Source of the DNA: Promethearchaeota archaeon
GTDB lineage: Archaea > Asgardarchaeota > Lokiarchaeia > Sigyniarchaeales > SOKP01
Length of the DNA: 10,717 nucleotides
Assembly: GCA_004524535.1 (NCBI GenBank)
Contig: SDNY01000124.1
Coordinates: forward strand, 1-10,717
Reading direction: 5' to 3'
In this document: one piece after another, positions 1-6,714 of the stretch
Position numbering within the stretch: position 1 is the stretch's first letter
How the letters are laid out: every line of letters begins with the position of its first letter
Notes under the pieces: generated by a model
Seen by the model: only the letters and a program-made list of their open reading frames with translations
The model's database searches: none
Told to the model about the DNA's origin: nothing
Position numbers and translations under genes: made by a program

Positions 1-83
1 ATATAAACACAGTCATCTTCGCTTACTTTTACACATTTCACAATATTTTCTGCGCAAGATTTAATTTTTTCTCTTTCAATCAT
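1..83 (-). CDS. 5' end of a gene running off the left edge; possibly an M29/aminopeptidase T-like metallopeptidase
   Basis: Not in the ORF track. Manual translation from ATG at 83-81 gives MIEREKIKSCAENIVKCVKVSEDDCVY(I), open to the edge. The pattern A-x-x-I-V-x-C-V-x-V-x-x-x-D-x-V-Y-I resembles N-termini of M29 aminopeptidases, but only 27 codons are visible. Confidence 0.55.
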   Translation of the reverse strand, partial: MIEREKIKSCAENIVKCVKVSEDDCVY

Positions 84-184
84 ATTATGTCTCTTAATAT
101 TAGTTGATATATAGAGTTCTAGAATTAGCTTATAATAACACAATCTAGAATATATATATAAAAAAATCAATAATTGGACTATAG

Positions 185-201
185 AAGACTTATAAACGTC
201 T
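185..201. promoter_or_regulatory. Candidate archaeal BRE/TATA element, flanked by a 4-bp inverted repeat
   Basis: AAGAC-TTATAAA at 185-196. AGAC (186-189) and GTCT (198-201) bracket the TATA-like core, which also reads TTTATAAG on the minus strand. The octamer AAGACTTA recurs at 391-398. Confidence 0.35.
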
Positions 202-250
202 GTGTTGTTATTTCCTCACTAAGTTTTAATTTTTAATGATTTTTTTTTAT

Positions 251-386
251 GCGCTCCTACATCTATTATATTGTATCATGCGCCTTAAAGAACGGTATGT
301 AGAATTGCCAATGTATTCTCAGATATACACTGCCTCAGCTCACATTCAAGCACGCGCCTCAGCCTTAAGGACCACTATATAGATCC
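251..386 (-). ncRNA. Candidate structured non-coding RNA or cis-regulatory RNA of unknown family
   Basis: About 43% GC by hand count (59/136), between very AT-rich flanks. Nested helices can be drawn on the minus strand, several needing G-U pairs that would be A-C mismatches on plus. GCCTCAGC is repeated at 332-339 and 356-363. A minus-strand TATA-like TTATATAT at 419-412 lies ~26 nt upstream of 386. Confidence 0.45.
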
Positions 387-390
387 AACA

Positions 391-404
391 AAGACTTAAA
401 TATA
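391..404 (+). promoter_or_regulatory. Candidate BRE/TATA promoter for the 2TM-repeat gene
   Basis: AAGAC-TTAAATATA about 50 nt upstream of the start codon. It matches the archaeal purine-rich BRE plus TTAWATA pattern, but the AT-rich background lowers specificity. Confidence 0.35.
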
Positions 405-450
405 AGAAAAAATATATAATAATTAATTAAAAAATTTTTAAAAAAAAAAT

Positions 451-1761
451 GTGAAAAAAATGAATGAATCAGTGTTAATGAAAACAAAAAAACCAATAAA
501 AACTCCAGAAACTAAAGAAAACGACTTTGGAAAAAAGATTAACCGAATTTTTGTAATTTTGCATCTTTTTGTTTATCTCGCTGTAAGTGGATTACTCACA
601 TTAATATGGGCTTTAGATGGAGGGTTAAACTTCTTCTGGCCTGTTTTTGCGATGCTCGGATGGGGAATTGGTATCGGAATCCATTTGATTACTTACCTCA
701 TATATTATGATATTGTCCCTTACCTCACGAAAGTTAAACAAAAGTCCAAGTTTGCCGTGCTCTTCATCTATCACGCACTAATATATATATTAGTTAATCT
801 TCTCATAATAATCGCGGATCTTATGACTCCAGGTAGTATTTTTTTCTACTGGCCTTTAAGCATGTGGGGAATACTATTTGGTTGCCACGCAGCAGGATTC
901 CTAATGATGATGAAGGGAATGATTCCTGATATCGATGACAAGAAGCCACAATTTAGCGTTAATGTAAAAATCATTAATTTTTGGATATTAATTGCGCATA
1001 TTGCTTATTTTATTGTCGGAACTATCTTGATTTACACGATGGAACTCACTACAGATGGCGATTTAAATATAATAGAAGGCACAATGATGTGGGCAACTTT
1101 ACTTGGTGTACACGCTTTTGGATATTTCTTCTACTATTATATAGATTTCATCGAAGGTGTAATAAAAGGCTTAATTGTCCATATTGCATTTTATGCCGCA
1201 ATAATAGGATGGCTTATTTATGCATACACGAAAGTTCAAGAGGGGATTTTTTATCCACTCTATCCAATAATTCTCTGGGGCATCTTAATCGCATTCCACT
1301 CGTTCATTTCGATAAAATGGGATGATATCCTTAAGGGCGCTCTTGGAACGATCGAAAGACAATTTGCGGGGCTTGATAAATACGAATTACGGGCGAAAGC
1401 AAAGCGATTATTTTTCTGGCAATGGTCTTTGATGGCACATATTGTAATCTATGCCGTTGGCTTGATATTAATTGGTATAACAATGGCAATTGAGTCAGTG
1501 AACATTGCATTATTAATACATCCAGCAATGGGATGGGCAATAGCGATTGCGATTCATAGCTCTTTTTATATCATCAATCTTAAAAACATCCAAGGTTTCT
1601 GGAAAAGGACATTTGCTCTCCATTTAGCAACCTATATCTCTGTGGGTATCTACTTAATCATTATAAATGCAATGATTGGCGGATATCCCTTTAGTGCAAT
1701 AACGGTTGTTGGTTGGGGTATTGGTCTAGGCATTCATTATATTTTAGCTTATGTCCGATAA
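451..1761 (+). CDS. Polytopic membrane protein built from six tandem 2TM (PF13239-like) domains
   Basis: Six repeats of H-x-x-x-[YF]...(W/Y)P...W[GA]-x5-H, e.g. HLFVYLAVSG...WPVFAMLGWGIGIGIH and HLATYISVG...YPFSAITVVGWGIGLGIH, giving about 12 hydrophobic helices. The start may be GTG 451, ATG 460 or ATG 478. Confidence 0.85.
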   Translation: MKKMNESVLMKTKKPIKTPETKENDFGKKINRIFVILHLFVYLAVSGLLTLIWALDGGLNFFWPVFAMLGWGIGIGIHLITYLIYYDIVPYLTKVKQKSKFAVLFIYHALIYILVNLLIIIADLMTPGSIFFYWPLSMWGILFGCHAAGFLMMMKGMIPDIDDKKPQFSVNVKIINFWILIAHIAYFIVGTILIYTMELTTDGDLNIIEGTMMWATLLGVHAFGYFFYYYIDFIEGVIKGLIVHIAFYAAIIGWLIYAYTKVQEGIFYPLYPIILWGILIAFHSFISIKWDDILKGALGTIERQFAGLDKYELRAKAKRLFFWQWSLMAHIVIYAVGLILIGITMAIESVNIALLIHPAMGWAIAIAIHSSFYIINLKNIQGFWKRTFALHLATYISVGIYLIIINAMIGGYPFSAITVVGWGIGLGIHYILAYVR

Positions 1762-1771
1762 ATTCCTTAAA

Positions 1772-1788
1772 TTTTTATTTTTTTTTTT
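1772..1788 (+). terminator. Oligo-T archaeal terminator candidate
   Basis: TTTTTATTTTTTTTTTT starting 11 nt after the stop codon at 1761, in a convergent intergenic gap. Confidence 0.5.
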
Positions 1789-1823
1789 AATTAAAAATGG
1801 TATCATATCATCATCTAATAAGC

Positions 1824-2456
1824 TTAGCTTGTTATAACATACCCTTCTTCTTCCCAAGCTTTTCTCATTACAGGATTTCGTTTGAGAAAATCGTCAACAA
1901 CTTTCTTGGGTACGCGATTAAGCGGACAAGAGAAATTGACGCATTTAGGGCATCTTCTCCCTACTAAAAGCCCAAAAAAGATAATTAAACTAATCAAGCA
2001 TACTATTATAAAGAGATATTGCCTCCCTAGAACCATAAAAATAAATGGATATCCAAAAAAGATAAAAAAGCCAACAAAAAGCTGAATTTTTTCGGAGCGA
2101 TTCATAGGTTCGGGGTGAAATCTCCATACTTTGAGACTCAAGTAGTTGCCAAAACAATGCAGCGATCTTCCTTTTTCGGCATAAAATGGACAATGGCTGC
2201 ACAAGATTCGAATTTCCCAAAATTCAAAAAAAATGATCCCAAACGCAATCCATCCTAAAAGAAACCATCCATAACCTGCTAATATCACTCCAGCAACAGC
2301 GGGTATGGCGAATAATAGAAATAATCCTATAAAATTTAACAAATACCTTATTTTAAAATGGCATTTTAGAAAACCTTTAAGTTTGCAATTATCACAATCA
2401 GATTTAGGACGCCACGTACAAATATCATAAGGATTTATTTGGTTCTTATTTCTCAT
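1824..2456 (-). CDS. Cysteine-rich 4-TM membrane protein, probable metal-binding, function unknown
   Basis: N-terminal C-x7-CxxC-x7-CH, then two TM helices, LCSHCPFY...HC, two more TM helices and RCPKCVNFSCPLN. ATG start, clean 210-aa ORF. Confidence 0.8.
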   Translation of the reverse strand: MRNKNQINPYDICTWRPKSDCDNCKLKGFLKCHFKIRYLLNFIGLFLLFAIPAVAGVILAGYGWFLLGWIAFGIIFFEFWEIRILCSHCPFYAEKGRSLHCFGNYLSLKVWRFHPEPMNRSEKIQLFVGFFIFFGYPFIFMVLGRQYLFIIVCLISLIIFFGLLVGRRCPKCVNFSCPLNRVPKKVVDDFLKRNPVMRKAWEEEGYVITS

Positions 2457-2559
2457 GGAATAATATAAAAATTGAATTTTTTCTAATTATTTTATTTTGT
2501 AAATTTAAGAATTAATAACAAAAGAAATTCTTTTAGAACCAATTAAATTTATTATAATG

Positions 2560-2618
2560 TTTATATAATATCACATAATATCAAAAAATAGACGCTTTTT
2601 TTCATTGCTTATAGAGGT
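2560..2618 (+). promoter_or_regulatory. TATA box and Shine-Dalgarno-like site for the longin gene
   Basis: TTTATATA at 2560-2567 and GAGGT at 2614-2618, 11 nt before the ATG at 2630. Confidence 0.45.
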
Positions 2619-2629
2619 TAACAAATAGA

Positions 2630-3094
2630 ATGGTTATTCGCGAAGCCGGAATATTGTTTAGAGGATTTACTTTAGCACAAGCGTCCTATCATAAAACTTC
2701 CGAATTAGATATAGACAAAGATCTTCGATCGAGTTTAATGACAGCCCTTGTAAATTTTGCTGAGGGTGTTTTTTCTGTAGATTCGGTAGAATATTTTGAA
2801 ATGAAAAAGTTTGTTATCTCTTTTATTAAAGATCAGATTACGCCCTCAGATAGTGAAGATCCTGAATCGCTAATTACTTATGCGATATTGGATAAAGAAA
2901 AAAAAGTCGAGAAACTCATTAAAAAAATGGTTGTTCCCTCTTTAAAGAAGATTGTAAATCAGTTTAAATTGAAATACGACGGCAAAAATTTATCTGAAAT
3001 TTCTCAATTCCGTGATTTTAAGCAAGAACTTGATAACATTTTTGGTACAGATACTAAGACGATTGAACAAAAGCTAAAAGGAACGTTTTTCTAA
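2630..3094 (+). CDS. Asgard longin-like domain protein
   Basis: 154 aa with a pattern fitting the longin order beta-beta-alpha-beta-beta-beta-alpha-alpha: IREAGILFRGFTL hairpin, DKDLRSSLMTALVNFAE helix (D-x-D-L-x-S-x-L-x-x-A-L-x-x-F-A is typical of Asgard longins), VEYFEM/FVISF/LITYAILD strands and C-terminal helices ending F...L..IF. Confidence 0.7.
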   Translation: MVIREAGILFRGFTLAQASYHKTSELDIDKDLRSSLMTALVNFAEGVFSVDSVEYFEMKKFVISFIKDQITPSDSEDPESLITYAILDKEKKVEKLIKKMVVPSLKKIVNQFKLKYDGKNLSEISQFRDFKQELDNIFGTDTKTIEQKLKGTFF

Positions 3095-3128
3095 TTAATA
3101 TTTTCGATAAAAGAGAGAATTCTGTAAT

Positions 3129-4070
3129 TTAATAAATTTTTTTTAGATACCAAAAAATTAATGGAAGTGCAATTGTTGCATCAGCTATAACTGTGGAGTA
3201 TTTAGCATTCTCATTTACTTTTCCCCATGACATAGCCTCTCTTAGAGTAGCTCCACTTAACCCTCCTGGTTCTGGACGATCCATGGTTATTTGTATTGCG
3301 TATGTCGCAGAGTTAGGGCAAAATTGTAAAGATTGCATAATAAAATTCTTTGGAACACCTCCCCCTACAATACAAATTCCTGCAGATTTGGCATCCCAAG
3401 CAATATTGACCATTTCAAGCATATCTTTAAAATGATTGAGGTTCATTTTCTGGTGATGAAATCCCAATTGGAGCGCTAAACCTGAATCTGTAAAAGCCGG
3501 ACAAAAGATTGGAATATCTTTCTCTGCGCAAATCCTCAAAATTGAATTACGTTCTCCGGGTATTTGCTGTCCAAGAAATCTTAAAAAGCTACTTACAGAC
3601 ATTTCATAATCAGGAATAGAAAGCTTAGATACAAAATCTTCTATACCTTCATACACTTTATTTGGCATATATACATCATAAATACGGTTCATTTCCTCAG
3701 CTCGTAGTTCTACATCATCTATGTCATTTAGTTCAATATCTCCTTGTAGATGATGATATCCGAGGGCTTCAGCCAAATCATGCGTTAAATTTGCACCAGT
3801 ACTAACCAGAATATCTATAAATCCTTCTTTAATATAATCATAAATGATCCCTTGCATTCCAGCAGGAACAAGCGCTCCAGCTAATCCAAAAAATTTAACA
3901 CATTCCTTATCCTCAATCATCTGTTTATATATCTCACAAGCTAAAGCTAATCGTTTTGCATTAAATCCCGTATTTTTTAGAGATTCAAAAAGCGCTTTGA
4001 TATCAGTATCTTTAGTAATTTTAAATTGTTCCACGTTCTTAAGTTGCTCTTTAAAATCTTTATTCCCCAT
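3129..4070 (-). CDS. dys: Deoxyhypusine synthase
   Basis: Motifs TGFNA, GLAGALVPAG, STGANLTHD, NRIYDV, PIFCPAFTDS, GGGVPKN and GGLSGATLREAMSWGK. The catalytic Lys (K284, codon 3221-3219) is intact. SD-like GAGG overlaps the upstream stop codon. Confidence 0.95.
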   Translation of the reverse strand: MGNKDFKEQLKNVEQFKITKDTDIKALFESLKNTGFNAKRLALACEIYKQMIEDKECVKFFGLAGALVPAGMQGIIYDYIKEGFIDILVSTGANLTHDLAEALGYHHLQGDIELNDIDDVELRAEEMNRIYDVYMPNKVYEGIEDFVSKLSIPDYEMSVSSFLRFLGQQIPGERNSILRICAEKDIPIFCPAFTDSGLALQLGFHHQKMNLNHFKDMLEMVNIAWDAKSAGICIVGGGVPKNFIMQSLQFCPNSATYAIQITMDRPEPGGLSGATLREAMSWGKVNENAKYSTVIADATIALPLIFWYLKKIY

Positions 4071-4080
4071 TCTATTTCCT

Positions 4081-4989
4081 CTACTTTTTTTTAGTTATAA
4101 ATGACATAAATTCAACAATTAGTTTGGCGGCTAAATTACAAGTAACTTTATTCTTTAAATCAAGATTTGGGGCAACCTCAACTACATCAAATCCAATAAT
4201 TTCAAAATCTTCTGCTATTGACATTAAAATTTTCCATATTTCACGATAAGAAAATCCTCCTGGCATCGCAAATCCTGTACCTGGAGCTATAGACGGATCT
4301 AAAGCATCAATATCTATTGAAATATAGAGATATCTAATACCTGAATTCTTAAAGAATGCCAAGATCTCTGTAAGGTATTTGTCTAATCCGTCAATCAGTT
4401 TATGAGCGTCAAGATGCCGAATATTTTCTTTATCGGCTTCTTCTAATTCGGGAATATCTATGTCTCTTGTGCCCACAATTAAGAGATTTTTATTATTAAT
4501 ATATTCTAAATCATATACTCTATGAGTAATTGTAGCATGAGAATATTCTCCTTTATCATATTTATCATAAAAATCTAAATGTGCATCGAAAATTAAGACG
4601 CCAAATTCTTCTTTCTTCCCAAAATGATCACCGACAGCTCTGATGACATTTAAAGAACAAAAATGATCGCCCCCTATCATGACGGGGATTACATCCGGCT
4701 TTTGTTGATATATTGAATCCATAAAGGTTTTTATCTCTAATAGATTTTTCTCAACATCTGTCTTTTCAATTTCTATATCTCCTACATCGACAGCTTTTAA
4801 CTTTGGAATATGATATCCTAATTCAGTAGTAAGCCCAATGTCATTAGTTACACTCCTTATGTGTTCAGGAGCTATTGCCGAGTTTGGTAATTCAATTGAA
4901 GTGAGATAATCCCATGGAATTCCAAAGATAACAAATTCTGTATCCTTATCAATTACTTCTCCAAAATCAAAAAATCTCATAAACCTCAC
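4081..4989 (-). CDS. speB: Agmatinase / ureohydrolase (arginase family)
   Basis: GIPWD, DVGD, GGDH, DAHLD, SHAT, GTR, SIDIDALDP and DVVEVAP motifs, with all six binuclear-metal ligands present. Start is GTG 4989 (abutting the argS stop) or ATG 4980. Exact substrate uncertain. Confidence 0.88.
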   Translation of the reverse strand: MRFMRFFDFGEVIDKDTEFVIFGIPWDYLTSIELPNSAIAPEHIRSVTNDIGLTTELGYHIPKLKAVDVGDIEIEKTDVEKNLLEIKTFMDSIYQQKPDVIPVMIGGDHFCSLNVIRAVGDHFGKKEEFGVLIFDAHLDFYDKYDKGEYSHATITHRVYDLEYINNKNLLIVGTRDIDIPELEEADKENIRHLDAHKLIDGLDKYLTEILAFFKNSGIRYLYISIDIDALDPSIAPGTGFAMPGGFSYREIWKILMSIAEDFEIIGFDVVEVAPNLDLKNKVTCNLAAKLIVEFMSFITKKK

Positions 4990-6714
4990 TCACATTTCAT
5001 CTAATGTTTCAATACCTAAAATGTTTAATCCAATTTTTATAACAATCTGAACGCATTTTATTAATAACAATCTTGCTTTTTCCAATTCTCTATTTTCTGA
5101 AATTACCTGGCACTCACTATAAAAAGAATTAAAAAGCTGACATAATGTCAGGAGATATTGAGGTATCAAATGAATTCCATAAATTCTTAAGGCAGTCCCA
5201 ATAATTTCAGGAAAAATATTTAATTGCTTAATAAGTTTAATTTCTTTTTCATGTGATAATAATTTATAATTAATGGCTAGATCAATCTTTTCTTCTGATT
5301 TATTAAATATTGATTGAATCCTCGCAAAGCAATATTGAATATAGGGACCTGTTTCTCCCTCAAACGAAATACTCTCTTTTGGGTTGAAAATAAAATCCGA
5401 TTTTGGATTATATTTCAATATAAAAAATTTTAAAGCAGCCATTCCAATACTTTTTGCTCGATATGATTTTTCTTTTTTTGAAAGTTCAGGATATCTTTCA
5501 TTAACCTCTTCAAAAGCCAGATTTTCCATTTCTTCAATAATATCATCAGCGTCAACAGTAGTTCCTTCTCTACTTTTCATTTTTCCCTCAGGTAAACTAA
5601 TCATTCCGTATGATAAATGATATTTATCCTCCTTAAACCCTATCATATCTAATACTGCAAAAAGTTGTTTAAAGTAAAGGTCCTGTTCGTTTCCAACAAT
5701 ATAGATGGATTTATCATATTCAAAGTCTTGTTTTTTTAAGTATGCTAAATATATATCTTGAGTTATGTAAATTGACGTTCCATCACTTCGTAGCAAAATT
5801 TTATCGGGTAGATTTTCTTTAGCTTCCAGTTTGGCTACAATAGCGCCATCATTTTGTTTAATGATATTGGGGTTATCCAAATTTTTAAGAATTAATTTTT
5901 TTCCTTTCCAGTAGAATTCAGATTCATTATATACTTTATCAAAAGAAATTCCAAATTTATTATATGTCTCATTAAATCCATCTAAAGCCCATTTATTCAT
6001 CTTCCTCCATAAAGCTCTAATTTGAGGGTCTTTATCTTCCCACAACTTTAAGATTTTCTTAGATTCTTCCTCTAACTTATCATTTTTTTGTACCATTTGA
6101 TTGTACTTAACATAAAAATCACCAACAAAATGGTCAGATTTCTTATTTGGTTTAGTATTATTTCCCCATTGTTGATATGCAAGCATGCTTTTGCATATGT
6201 GGATTCCTCGATCATTATTTAAATTAACCTGGAATACATTATGATCCTTATATTTAAAAAGATTTGAGAGCGTAAACCCTATTAACATATTTCTTACGTG
6301 TCCTAAATGTAATGGTTTATTTGTATTAGGTGATGGATATTCTATAACAATTTTTTCAGATTTTGACTTCTCTTTTTTAAGATACTCTCGAATTTTTCCA
6401 TAATTTTCTTCTAAATTATAAATATTCTCAAGAACAATATCAGATTTGACTCTAAAATTTAAATAAGGGCCCACTGCCTTAATCTCATCTAGGTAATCAG
6501 GTATAGTTAATTCCCTTTCTAAATTCTTTGCGATTAAATTTGGATCTTTCTTCCTAATTTTCGCAAGTGGGAAACATGGATAAGCATATGTATAGTTAAT
6601 TTCTAGGGGGGGTATTTCAATATAATTTTCAAGCGCAAGTCCCCCGATTTTGGGAAAATCTTTAATTCTTTCAATTAAAAATTCGGCAATTGTCGTTTTA
6701 TCAACTATAAGCAT
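4990..6714 (-). CDS. argS: Arginine--tRNA ligase
   Basis: Class I HIGH motif in EYPSPNTNKPLHLGHVRN, LLRSDGTSIYITQD, YIVGNEQDLYF, KMKSREG, FEGETGPYIQY, a DALR-type C-terminal domain and a terminal Met. Confidence 0.97.
   Translation of the reverse strand: MLIVDKTTIAEFLIERIKDFPKIGGLALENYIEIPPLEINYTYAYPCFPLAKIRKKDPNLIAKNLERELTIPDYLDEIKAVGPYLNFRVKSDIVLENIYNLEENYGKIREYLKKEKSKSEKIVIEYPSPNTNKPLHLGHVRNMLIGFTLSNLFKYKDHNVFQVNLNNDRGIHICKSMLAYQQWGNNTKPNKKSDHFVGDFYVKYNQMVQKNDKLEEESKKILKLWEDKDPQIRALWRKMNKWALDGFNETYNKFGISFDKVYNESEFYWKGKKLILKNLDNPNIIKQNDGAIVAKLEAKENLPDKILLRSDGTSIYITQDIYLAYLKKQDFEYDKSIYIVGNEQDLYFKQLFAVLDMIGFKEDKYHLSYGMISLPEGKMKSREGTTVDADDIIEEMENLAFEEVNERYPELSKKEKSYRAKSIGMAALKFFILKYNPKSDFIFNPKESISFEGETGPYIQYCFARIQSIFNKSEEKIDLAINYKLLSHEKEIKLIKQLNIFPEIIGTALRIYGIHLIPQYLLTLCQLFNSFYSECQVISENRELEKARLLLIKCVQIVIKIGLNILGIETLDEM

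Noticed and set aside
251-283. SECIS-like AUGA...GA hairpin (Lokiarchaeia have eukaryote-like SECIS elements)
   Set aside because: The helix above the core is only ~4 bp rather than ~10-12, and no selenoprotein gene with an in-frame UGA lies upstream on that strand.
318-363. Canonical C/D box guide RNA, hammerhead ribozyme or mini-CRISPR suggested by the CUGA/GCCTCAGC repeats
   Set aside because: No RUGAUGA box C at a suitable position and no CUGANGA plus GAAA hammerhead core. The repeats are only 8 bp in two copies and there are no cas genes.
278-382. 34-codon plus-strand ORF MRLKERYVELPMYSQIYTASAHIQARASALRTTI (and a 17-codon ORF at 249-302)
   Set aside because: No SD, GC-rich codons atypical of neighbouring genes and no recognisable motif. 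The RNA-structure explanation fits better, although a small peptide is not strictly excluded.
981-1540. ORFs 981..1325 (+) and 1331..1540 (-)
   Set aside because: Alternative-frame or antisense shadows inside the 2TM-repeat gene. The Cys/Arg richness is a frame-shift artefact of hydrophobic codons.
1882-2220. ORFs 1882..2085 (+) and 1990..2220 (-)
   Set aside because: Fully nested in the Cys-rich membrane gene, with no motifs.
3193-5620. ORFs 3193..3435, 3844..4104 and 5384..5620 (+)
   Set aside because: Antisense shadows of the well-supported dys, speB and argS genes.
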